Of a DNA stretch of 62,854 nt, positions 27,373 to 35,792 are shown in pieces. Positions within the stretch are counted from its first letter, which is position 1; each line of letters begins with the position of its first letter. The notes under the pieces are model-generated. The model saw only the letters and a program-made list of their open reading frames with translations, was not told the origin of the DNA and did no database searches. The position numbers and the translations under genes are program-made. Origin of the DNA: an uncultured archaeon (lineage in GTDB: Archaea; Asgardarchaeota; Lokiarchaeia; Sigyniarchaeales; SOKP01); assembly GCA_964508365.1 (NCBI GenBank), contig CAZDTP010000015.1:5285-68138 (forward strand), written 5' to 3'.

Positions 27373-28752
27373 CTATTTTCTATTTTTGTATTCAAAATCT
27401 CTTACTGCGCAACCTGTAGATTTTCCCTCTCTCATAAATTGCGAGCATTTCGAACATGTAATACATGTTTTATTCTTTTCTATTCCATTTTTTAGAAATA
27501 TTTGCTTCGCAAAACCTGGATTAGCAAAGGACATCCTGCCAAATCCACATATATCAGCCATATTATTTTGTATGACCCCTGATGCGAGATTACCTGCAAA
27601 TTGGCGGAAATAGGAATAACCCGATCCTACAATTATCATATCTCTAGGAACTAAGCTATTAATCACTGAAGTTAGATAAATCAACCTGTATACGCTAAAT
27701 AAGGGATGCTCTTTGGGAAATTTTCCTCCTTTTACTGGCACATCATATGGGCGTGTGATGTATGGCTTATAATGGGGATTACCTGCTGTGATGTTAAGAA
27801 GCTTTACATTGAGCTCGTATAAACTGTTAATTAAATCAATTGGTTCTCCAAGATCAACAGAAGCGGGATATTTCTCGTTTTCAATACTTTTTACTCCAAA
27901 ACCTGTAGGATAAGGATTCCCATCGTAAACTCCTAAGCGTGAAGTAATCATGAAATCATAATCTTTTCTAAAATTATTCTGTAGTTTAGTAATTATATCA
28001 AGTAATAATCTAGACCTATTCTTAAAACTCGTTCCTCCATACAAAGAATCCTTACGATTATGAGCAGATAATAATTCACCAATCAAATAGCCATGACATG
28101 CTTTAATATCTACGCCATCAAATCCTGCTTCTTTTGCTAAAATAGCTTTCTTAACCCAAACTTCCTCAATCTCTTTAAGTTCTTCATCTGAAATAATAAC
28201 ACCATCCTCTTTTTTTACGGAAATCGCATTATCTAATTCATCACTATCATAAGCTCTAATAGGATGTTTTTTTCCATTTCTCTTTGTATATCTTCCAGAG
28301 TGATTTAATTGAAGTATTAGACAACAACGATCTCTAAAGCCTAACGATTCCAAAGTACGATTAGACTGTGTTCTGATAAAAGATGTGAGCTCTTTAAAGT
28401 TTTTTACATTTTTTTCAGAGAGAATTAATTGATGATCGTTTGAACGACAGTCTTCTGAAATGGCAGTTGCTTCAAACCATATTAAACCAACGCCTCCTTT
28501 GGAATAACGCTTGTATCGCCGGAAAGTCATTTCACTCGGAGTACCATTAATTTTTGCGTCAAACCCTTCCATTGGTTGTATCGAAAGTCTGTTAGGAATC
28601 AAAAAATGTTTAGATTGAATTATATCCTTCAAATTTTCGGTACTAGAGCTTATAGGGAGAGGGATCATCAATCTATTTAACTCTGCTTTTAAATCCTTTA
28701 GAGTTTTATACTTAAAAGGCTCGAAAATATGAGAAGAAGGATGAACAAACAT
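27373..28752 (-). CDS. NADH:flavin oxidoreductase / Old Yellow Enzyme family
   Basis: NRLSIQPMEG, LQLNHSGR, AGFDGVDIKACHGYL, YGG, GFGRMSFANP, and a C-terminal CITCSKC...GCAVRD Cys cluster. Confidence 0.9.
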   Translation of the reverse strand: MFVHPSSHIFEPFKYKTLKDLKAELNRLMIPLPISSSTENLKDIIQSKHFLIPNRLSIQPMEGFDAKINGTPSEMTFRRYKRYSKGGVGLIWFEATAISEDCRSNDHQLILSEKNVKNFKELTSFIRTQSNRTLESLGFRDRCCLILQLNHSGRYTKRNGKKHPIRAYDSDELDNAISVKKEDGVIISDEELKEIEEVWVKKAILAKEAGFDGVDIKACHGYLIGELLSAHNRKDSLYGGTSFKNRSRLLLDIITKLQNNFRKDYDFMITSRLGVYDGNPYPTGFGVKSIENEKYPASVDLGEPIDLINSLYELNVKLLNITAGNPHYKPYITRPYDVPVKGGKFPKEHPLFSVYRLIYLTSVINSLVPRDMIIVGSGYSYFRQFAGNLASGVIQNNMADICGFGRMSFANPGFAKQIFLKNGIEKNKTCITCSKCSQFMREGKSTGCAVRDFEYKNRK

Positions 28753-28861
28753 ATTATTAAGTAAAACTCTCAGTAAAAAGAACTTTTCATTTTTTATCTG
28801 TATTTTATCCTAAAATAAAAAAAAGAATAATAATTATATTAATGAACTTTAAATGAAACGG

Positions 28862-29194
28862 CTATTCAGATGGCATCTCCAAACCTACTAGTGGGAAAGA
28901 TTCTACACCAGATAAGTAAGGTTGTACGTCAAATTTCATTCCTTCTATATCTGAATAAAACATCATTACTTCGTGACTCCGCTGAAATGCTTCTTGGAAC
29001 TTTCCTTCTTTAACCTCTGATATAGTTATAGAAACTACTTCGTCTCCAACAATTCTTGCGGCCATACGCAAAATTTGCTTATCGATTGTTCTATCAGGAG
29101 GAAATTTTTTTGATGCTTCAATAAACCTTTTACCCACTTCTTTACCTTTACTTACGGGAAATTTTGTGATTGAGACCATATACATTCCTTTCAC
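28862..29194 (-). CDS. Hypothetical protein (probable dimeric alpha/beta barrel); likely start ATG 29185
   Basis: GAGGTG SD before ATG 29185; ferredoxin-like alternating pattern. Confidence 0.6.
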   Translation of the reverse strand: MKGMYMVSITKFPVSKGKEVGKRFIEASKKFPPDRTIDKQILRMAARIVGDEVVSITISEVKEGKFQEAFQRSHEVMMFYSDIEGMKFDVQPYLSGVESFPLVGLEMPSE

Positions 29195-29303
29195 CTCTAT
29201 TTAAAATATTTTTGATGAATTTAAAGGTGAGAAATAAGAAGTTGAATTAACTTAAAAGGTTTTTACTATCTTGTCAAAAATCATATCTCTTTTCAAAAGG
29301 ATA

Positions 29304-29349
29304 AAAAGGTAAATTCAGAGTCTGATTTCAATGAAAATTCCTTTGAAAT
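29304..29349 (+). repeat. 46-bp direct repeat, copy A
   Basis: aaaaggtaaattcagagtctgatttcaatgaaaattcctttgaaat; 43/46 identical to 31584-31629. Confidence 0.9.
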
Positions 29350-29556
29350 TTTTGTAGAGGATCTGATAAGTTAAAAAACCGTTTCGGGATTTTTTAGTAT
29401 ATATAGAAACGCACTTCCCTTGCATACCACGCATGTTTTTAATTCATCATAAACAGAGATATTCTATTAAAATGTCAATATTTATATTTTCCAAACGATT
29501 AACATTTAATTACAACCTAAGTTAAATCCAAAAACAGAATAAGAAGGTGTATTTTA

Positions 29557-31374
29557 ATAGAACGAGAAGAAAATCACTTAGTTGATAAGGAGGTTGCATT
29601 TGAGCATGCTATTACAAGTCTATTAATACATATGCATACAGATCTTAAGATATGGGAAGGTTCAGAAGTTGTATGGGATGATTCAAATCCTTTAACGATT
29701 TATGATATTAACGATCAACCCCTATTTTATGAATTTGTTATAAAGAAAAAAGGCAAAGTAATTGGGAAGATAAAAACTGCTGCTAGTAAAGTGTTAGGAT
29801 CATCTGTTTTAACTATAGAAATTTTTCCTTCAGTTTCAGATAGGGAACATTTACTTGAGACTGTGATGCCTTTAAAAATTCCCGGGGATATTACTCAAAA
29901 AATTAAATCTATCATCGAGAAGGAGTATCCTGGAACTGAGATCAAATTAATGAACCGCCAGATTTGTTATGATTATCCGAATATAGGTTTGCTCATTATT
30001 CTTATTGACCCAAAAACCAAGGTGATAAAAGACAAAATATTAATCGATAGCTCAACATTAGAAAAAATACCAATAGATAAGCACAATACTTGGTCTATGT
30101 ATGACATGATAAAAAAAAGTGATAGAAAAGATAATATTGCTATATGGGAGCTTGATAATAAATTAGTTCAGTTATTAAAAAAAACATGTAAAATTAATGG
30201 GTTAGAATTTAAGAACAAAGGGACTCCCGATGGAAAATTTATGCAGATAGTCGAGGAAAGATTCAATATTAAAAACTATTTTAGAACTCAATCTCTTAAG
30301 GTTGATTATGATTGGGCAGTTCCTCCTAGTAAGAGGGAAGATGATGTTTCTATTGGTTTAGGAGGTATTAGTGATTATTCTATACCTACTTCCTTATATA
30401 TGATTTTTAGATCTCATGGGATCATGCCACCAAACCCAAATAGTATTCATAGTTTATGTGGTGCTAATACTCAGTATAATGTTAATGAAATTGAGGAAAA
30501 TTGGCCTCTTATTAGGGGACAAATTGACAGAACCCCCACATTTGAGGAGATAGTATTAGAAATTGATAAAGACAGACCTGTATTGAAAGTATTAGGTATT
30601 TCAGATAAAAATTATATAACTCAACCTGGTAGCGTGGTTTGTGGCTATACGGAATATGACTATACGGGAATAATTGATGAGATTGATATAAAACCAATAA
30701 GAGCTTCAAGAAATTTAAGGATTCTTGATCCTAAATTAAGGAGAAGGCAGGGCTGGATACAACCTTATGAGAGGTGGGAATCTTGGGATTTGTATACCTT
30801 AACACAAGAAAAAACTGTGGTAAATGTCTATATTACTAAACCAGATTTAGAACCGAAAATTACTATTGCTAGATTAAAATCTATGAACAATCCTAAGGAT
30901 ATCAGAAAATATTTAATAGAAAATAGAAGTCATTTACTTCGTCAAATAGGGACGACAAGAATAAGAAAAAAAAGCTACACCGGTGGAGAAACAGTAAAAC
31001 AAATAAACACTCTCTTTAATTTCGTTTTTAAATATCTGGATTATGAAGAAATATTTCGTTATTTAAAAAGTATACACCTTGGGGTGTATTATGACGATGA
31101 ACTCAAGAAAGGTTTTGAAATTGGGTTCTACAGTGACATATGCAATCTCATTTTAAATTATCATCAAACTGATATTGCTAAAAGATACTTAGAATACCAA
31201 ATTTTCCATTTATTTCCTCATTTTTTCGAGATCAAGGATAGAGACGAAGAAGTCCGTAGTGTTTTACTGAGAATAAAAAAGGCTTGGTTGCCTTATTGTA
31301 GAATGTTAGATAAAGATGACTTAAAGGCATTAAAAAGAATATTTGGAACCACCTTCTCTAAGGATTGGAGCTAA
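29557..31374 (+). CDS. C39-like (papain-fold) peptidase homolog with propeptide-like N-terminus, apparently inactive; probable ATA start
   Basis: IYDINDQPLFYEF...GKIKTAASKVLGSS N-domain; DYSIPTSLYMIFRSHG (Cys site is Ser), EIDKDRP, PGSVVCGY (His site absent), RILDP. Frame is open from 29521, with GGTG 7 nt before ATA 29557. Confidence 0.6.
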   Translation: MEREENHLVDKEVAFEHAITSLLIHMHTDLKIWEGSEVVWDDSNPLTIYDINDQPLFYEFVIKKKGKVIGKIKTAASKVLGSSVLTIEIFPSVSDREHLLETVMPLKIPGDITQKIKSIIEKEYPGTEIKLMNRQICYDYPNIGLLIILIDPKTKVIKDKILIDSSTLEKIPIDKHNTWSMYDMIKKSDRKDNIAIWELDNKLVQLLKKTCKINGLEFKNKGTPDGKFMQIVEERFNIKNYFRTQSLKVDYDWAVPPSKREDDVSIGLGGISDYSIPTSLYMIFRSHGIMPPNPNSIHSLCGANTQYNVNEIEENWPLIRGQIDRTPTFEEIVLEIDKDRPVLKVLGISDKNYITQPGSVVCGYTEYDYTGIIDEIDIKPIRASRNLRILDPKLRRRQGWIQPYERWESWDLYTLTQEKTVVNVYITKPDLEPKITIARLKSMNNPKDIRKYLIENRSHLLRQIGTTRIRKKSYTGGETVKQINTLFNFVFKYLDYEEIFRYLKSIHLGVYYDDELKKGFEIGFYSDICNLILNYHQTDIAKRYLEYQIFHLFPHFFEIKDRDEEVRSVLLRIKKAWLPYCRMLDKDDLKALKRIFGTTFSKDWS

Positions 31375-31504
31375 TTGAAGGACCAGAGTTATTGAGTGAG
31401 AGATTTAATGATGTTGTAAATGTTTATATCACTCGTGGAAATAACATTTTAAATTTGAGTTAATCATGTTATAGGAACTAAGCTAATAAGGCAGAAGTTT
31501 AGTG

Positions 31505-31605
31505 AAAGTCCATACTTTAAACAAACCAAGAGAAAATAAAAAGGATATCTAATGAGTTTAGCAGTTGATCCTGAATATCAAAGAAAAGGTAAATTCAGAG
31601 TTTGA
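31505..31605 (+). pseudogene. GNAT acetyltransferase remnant
   Basis: KVHTLNKPRENK, a frameshift in an A-run, then GYLMSLAVDPEYQRKG (acetyl-CoA motif A), cut off at repeat copy B. Confidence 0.55.
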
Positions 31606-31629
31606 TTTCCATAAAAATTCCTTTGAAAT
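31584..31629 (+). repeat. 46-bp direct repeat, copy B
   Basis: aaaaggtaaattcagagtttgatttccataaaaattcctttgaaat. Confidence 0.9.
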
Positions 31630-31776
31630 AAATTAGTTATTCTAAGTAATCAAAACTTAACATAGACATGTGGAAGAGTTTGCTTAGAACTTAAAGCAAA
31701 ACTCTTAATACTTTTACAAATAATAGTAAAAAATCTTAGACATAAAGTTATTATTTTTAAAAGCTTTATAGATCTC

Positions 31777-32193
31777 ATGGTTAAAATATATTCTATTTCT
31801 ACAATTAGGAAAAAAGTCAGAGAATACGGTAAAAGAATCAGCGCTCCAAGTCGTTTACTTACCATTCGTACTTCTAGTGATGGATTTGGTACTCCCCATA
31901 TAGAAATTGATGAGAAAGGGTATAATTATGTAGTCAGTGAGAGAGGTGAAGAATATGAGAGAAGACAGACAAAAGATATTAATAAACTATTATATTGGAT
32001 ATTCAAATCGATAGTATTTATAATGGCTAGTGATTACGAACTAGAAAATCGTAAAACTAATGAAGATTTTAGACGGCAGTTATTTGCCAAACAAATCGAA
32101 TTAATGGAAAAACTCGATTCGAAATTTGCACATTGGGATAAAGAGGAGCTCGATAAAATTCTTGAGGAATCTCCTTATGAAGATAATTTATAA
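31777..32193 (+). CDS. Imm63-family immunity protein
   Basis: DGFGTPHIEI, YNYVVSERGEEYERRQT, LLYWIF, EDFRRQLFAKQIELM. Confidence 0.8.
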   Translation: MVKIYSISTIRKKVREYGKRISAPSRLLTIRTSSDGFGTPHIEIDEKGYNYVVSERGEEYERRQTKDINKLLYWIFKSIVFIMASDYELENRKTNEDFRRQLFAKQIELMEKLDSKFAHWDKEELDKILEESPYEDNL

Positions 32194-32212
32194 GAAAAAA
32201 TAATTGATAAAT

Positions 32213-32638
32213 TCACGGAAATAATCGTTTTGCACGTGCACGTTCTAGCTCTCTTAGTTTCTTAATTGTGCTATCCATATTAGCGGTAGAAAAGAGCTGT
32301 TCGATTTTATCAAGATTAGTTTTTAAGAACTCTTCTTTCTCAGAATCCATCTCAGCTGAGGTTTCTATTTTGCCTGTCACCATCTGCTGGATAATATCGA
32401 TCGAAAACCAATTACTTTTGTGTTTTTTGCTTGTTGGCTGAAAATCAAGGAAGATTTGTCCTCGGTCTCTGACAAATTGCAAACGCAAATCCTCATGTTC
32501 GAGAACCAAGAATGCATTTCCAAAACTCTCAGATGAGCCAGAGTCAACAAATCGAAACAGATTCGGCGCATATAGAAAAGAACAGTGTTTCATTAAATAT
32601 CGAAGGATTTCCTCCATCTCAACAAGCATCAAAAACAA
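32213..32638 (-). CDS. Hypothetical protein, possibly immunity-type
   Basis: FGNAFLVLEHEDLRLQFVRDRGQIFLDF...WFSID pattern; convergent with Imm63; composition differs from neighbours. Confidence 0.5.
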   Translation of the reverse strand: MFLMLVEMEEILRYLMKHCSFLYAPNLFRFVDSGSSESFGNAFLVLEHEDLRLQFVRDRGQIFLDFQPTSKKHKSNWFSIDIIQQMVTGKIETSAEMDSEKEEFLKTNLDKIEQLFSTANMDSTIKKLRELERARAKRLFP

Positions 32639-32844
32639 AATTTTTCATTTAATGAGTAATAACGATGTTTGTATTTATATTTTTTCGATTCTATTTTCTT
32701 TATTTCTCTTCAATCTTTCATCTATAAATGAAAAAAAACATCATTGGTCGTTATAAAAATGAATATGTATTATGCATAACTTTTGTTAATTAAAAATAAG
32801 TTTTATACAAAAAATTATTATGTAATAAGTTAAGGTCTTAAATT

Positions 32845-33696
32845 ATGAATCATAAGAAAAATCAAAATCTTAATATAAATCAAAGCGAAAAAGAAAAGGA
32901 TAAGGTTTATAAACTCAGGATATTTATCCTCTTCTTAACAAGTGGGTTATTAATCTTTATTGTTCCAATTTTCATACAAGATATTATTAGAATTATATAT
33001 TTCATTGCACTACCCCTCATCTTTCTAATTGTCTCTATAATAATTTACAGGAATACTCAACTAAATAAGTTTTTTCCTGTTTTATTTGCTTTTTTTATTG
33101 CGTCTTTGGTTTTTTTTCTTCAAATGCCTTGGGCATCTGGTACAACGATTGAGAACATCATTTTCAACAAATTAATAAGTACATTGATAATTTTCGTTCC
33201 TATAATCCTTCTAACCAAGATTTCTAATAATGATATATCCTCATTATTTCTACAAAAAGGAAACACAAGATTAGGTCTAATTATCGGGTTGGCGACTTTT
33301 TCGATCTTTCTCCTAATAGCATTGCCTACTGCTGTTTATCTCTTTGGAGGTCAAAATATTCCTTTTGATAGACTGATCTATTTGTTGCCTTGGATTCTAA
33401 TATTCGTATTTTTGAATGGAATACGTGAAGAAATATTATTCAGGGGTCTTTTCTTGAAAAAGTACAATATCTTCCTCGGTGTTGATACTTCCAATGTATT
33501 GCAAGCAATTATCTTTTCATTAGCTCATCTCTCAGCGCAATTCACGCCCTTTGTATTCATTTATCTTATTCTTACATTCTTTTTAGGATTAGCATTTGGT
33601 GCTGTCATACAAAAGACTGACAGCTTACTTGGTGCGATTTTGTTTCATGCTGGAGCAGATATTCCTGTAATAATTGCAGTATTCTCCTTCCTATAG
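32845..33696 (+). CDS. CPBP (CAAX/Abi) family intramembrane metalloprotease
   Basis: REEILFRG, FSLAH and FHAGAD motifs; multiple TM helices. Confidence 0.9.
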   Translation: MNHKKNQNLNINQSEKEKDKVYKLRIFILFLTSGLLIFIVPIFIQDIIRIIYFIALPLIFLIVSIIIYRNTQLNKFFPVLFAFFIASLVFFLQMPWASGTTIENIIFNKLISTLIIFVPIILLTKISNNDISSLFLQKGNTRLGLIIGLATFSIFLLIALPTAVYLFGGQNIPFDRLIYLLPWILIFVFLNGIREEILFRGLFLKKYNIFLGVDTSNVLQAIIFSLAHLSAQFTPFVFIYLILTFFLGLAFGAVIQKTDSLLGAILFHAGADIPVIIAVFSFL

Positions 33697-34047
33697 TCAA
33701 TTTATCAAAAAAACAAATTATAGATGTGCTTTTAGAAAATTAATGGGCTTATTTATATAGACTCTGAATATTAAGCAGAAACTTCTCTCTTCCGATTTAG
33801 CCTACCACTCTCAACAGCACGAGTGTGTGGTGTTGGAAAAGGAACCACAAGGTTCAGGCTTAGAGCGTGAGGGTATAGGATGTATCTCGAGCGGTATGGT
33901 GATAGTTTGAGATGAGAGGGAACAGAATATGTTCTTGAGCAGAATCTTTAAATTTTTACCTAAATATTCAGTATTAGGTAAATGTTAAATTTTAATATTT
34001 GTAGTATTGATTATTATTAACTAATCATCCAAATAGGGTGTAGAATC

Positions 34048-34278
34048 ATATCAGATAAAGACCTAAAAAAGTTACGTAAATTATGTGATCAATGGGTGGA
34101 GCAGAATCGTTCTCATAAAGAGGATTATATGAGATGGCGCGAAATTATTAGACCAAAACATATGTCTCCTTTATTGAATGAATTGGTTTCGTTAATAGAG
34201 ATGACGAACAAATGTAATGAAATTATAGTAAATGCGACAAAGTTATTAGATAAAGCAGTTTTATCAGGAATGTTCTAA
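34048..34278 (+). CDS. Small helical hypothetical protein; probable ATA start
   Basis: Frame is open from 34021; GGGTG lies 7 nt before ATA, giving MSDKDLKKLRKLCDQW... Confidence 0.4.
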   Translation: MSDKDLKKLRKLCDQWVEQNRSHKEDYMRWREIIRPKHMSPLLNELVSLIEMTNKCNEIIVNATKLLDKAVLSGMF

Positions 34279-34470
34279 ATGAGGGTATAGAGCGCATGTG
34301 GAGGAGCGATGCGATTTGAGATATGGGATGGATGCATGGTTTTTGCATTGAAAAATTAGTTAAAAAGGCTTAAATAAAAGGATTTGCTCCAGAAACTTTG
34401 GACGGTTATTTATTTCAATAAAAATCCATTTAAAAAAACGAAATGCAAATTTTAAACTCTAGAAATTAAA

Positions 34471-35262
34471 TTAATCTCTTCTTAGATAATAATAACTGTA
34501 AATTTTTTTCATTCCTAAATTCTCATATAATTTCATGGCATTATTGTTTTGTAGTTCGACTTGAAGCCATATGTTTTTAGCGCCATTTATTTTTGCCCAT
34601 TCTTTTATTACAGTTTTGAGCATAGAACTCGCTATTTTTTGGCGTCTAAATTCTGGTACAACATACACATCAGCAATGTATACATATCCGTAAGGATTTA
34701 ATACACCCATTAAAGTCCCTATAGGCTCCCCTTCCAATTTAGCAATGATAAAACGTTTCTTTGGAACCACGATCCTACTAGTTATCTCCTTTATTATTTC
34801 TTGTTGATATTTGTCTCTTTTCGTAAATTTCGCTAATAATGAAGAGAAATCATCTACTCTATCATTGTAAATCTCGTAATTAAAATCCTTATTGATTTGT
34901 TTTAGCTCAAGATTATTAACTTGCATTAACAAGGCATTGGTGCGATCCTGCTCAATGTATCCTCGATTCCTTAAAGTTTCATCGAGTTCTTTTGGTTCAA
35001 AATAATCATGCATGGTGAATAAAGTTGGCAAATTAAACGATTTATACGCAGTTTCAGCCAGTTCAATATCAGATTCGATTGACTTTTTACTTCCAGTATA
35101 ATTAATTGGAATGACAGAATTTGCCCGGTAAGTAACTCCCTTAGTAAAGCGTAATATCCATCCATTCAGAAAATAATATTGTTCCGCTGGCCATGCGTTC
35201 ATTAAAAACTCTTGAAATCGCTTAACTTCCTTTAGAGCGGTCATTAGAATCAAAGGATACAA
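34471..35262 (-). CDS. GNAT family N-acetyltransferase
   Basis: NAWPA...GWILRF...RANSV N-domain; IADVYVVPEFRRQKIAS, WLQVELQNNNAMKLYENLG. Confidence 0.9.
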   Translation of the reverse strand: MYPLILMTALKEVKRFQEFLMNAWPAEQYYFLNGWILRFTKGVTYRANSVIPINYTGSKKSIESDIELAETAYKSFNLPTLFTMHDYFEPKELDETLRNRGYIEQDRTNALLMQVNNLELKQINKDFNYEIYNDRVDDFSSLLAKFTKRDKYQQEIIKEITSRIVVPKKRFIIAKLEGEPIGTLMGVLNPYGYVYIADVYVVPEFRRQKIASSMLKTVIKEWAKINGAKNIWLQVELQNNNAMKLYENLGMKKIYSYYYLRRD

Positions 35263-35322
35263 ATTAAAGAAATATCTTAAATTCTTCGAAATTATGAGTG
35301 TCTATTAAATATGTAAAAAAAA

Positions 35323-35438
35323 TGCCGGTGGTGGGATATGAGCCCACGAACCTCCAGATTATGAGTCCAGCACAATCAGTCTGACCCAATTTCATATGAA
35401 TGTGTGTCTGGCGCTATAACCAGCTAAGCCACACCGGC
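35323..35438 (-). tRNA. tRNA-Met(CAT), elongator type, 41-nt intron at 32/33 (35405-35365), aberrant T-loop
   Basis: GCCGGTG/CACCGGC acceptor stem, CCAGA-CTCATAA-TCTGG after splicing, CCAG/CTGG central helix with ACA/ACT bulges. T-loop reads CTCATAT and V-loop AGGTTC. Confidence 0.8.
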
Positions 35439-35465
35439 TAGGGTTAAAAGGCTTTTCTTGATTTG

Positions 35466-35472
35466 TTATAAA
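35466..35472 (-). promoter_or_regulatory. Putative TATA box of tRNA-Met
   Basis: TTTATAA about 28-34 nt upstream of G1, preceded by an A-rich BRE-like tract. Confidence 0.45.
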
Positions 35473-35525
35473 TTTTTGATTCTTATTATCTTTTTTGTTT
35501 TATCAAAAGAAATAAAAAGAAATGA

Positions 35526-35651
35526 TGGAGCCTCCGGCGGGAATTTCCGCAGAAAATCAATATTTTCTCGCTTTTGAACCCGCGACCTTTGCCTGTTTGG
35601 TTCATTTTTATGGATACCAAGGCAATGCTCTACCACCTAAGCCACGGAGGC
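35526..35651 (-). tRNA. tRNA-Thr(GGT) with two introns: 20 nt at 37/38 (35614-35595) and 30 nt at 59/60 (35572-35543); CCA encoded
   Basis: Removing both introns gives a 76-nt cloverleaf GCCTCCG...TTGCC-TTGGTAA-GGCAA-AGGTC-GCGGG-TTCAAAT-CCCGC-CGGAGGC-T-CCA. Both junctions form BHB-type structures. Confidence 0.92.
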
Positions 35652-35670
35652 AAGGCTTATTAGGGATATA

Positions 35671-35678
35671 TATATAAA
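35671..35678 (-). promoter_or_regulatory. Putative TATA box of tRNA-Thr
   Basis: TTTATATA 20-27 nt upstream of G1, with AAAAA upstream. Confidence 0.5.
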
Positions 35679-35792
35679 TTTTTAACTGTATAAATTATTT
35701 CTAAATTAAAAATTTTTTTACTCCTTTCTAAGGATAAGTTAGAAATTAATGAGATATTAATAAAATTAAGTTATAAATTTTCCACTATTCGT

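Noticed and set aside
31503-31511. TGAAAGTCC resembling the RNase P RNA conserved region
   Set aside because: There is no GC-rich structured context or 3' conserved region, and the GNAT remnant explains it better.
31674-31706. Inverted repeat AAGAGTTTGCTT...AAGCAAAACTCTT
   Set aside because: It is an isolated hairpin with no second copy and no assignable function.
33868-33878. Similarity of GAGGGTATAG to the tnpB 3' end GAGGGTGTAGG (58690)
   Set aside because: About 10 nt only; insufficient to call an omegaRNA-derived element.
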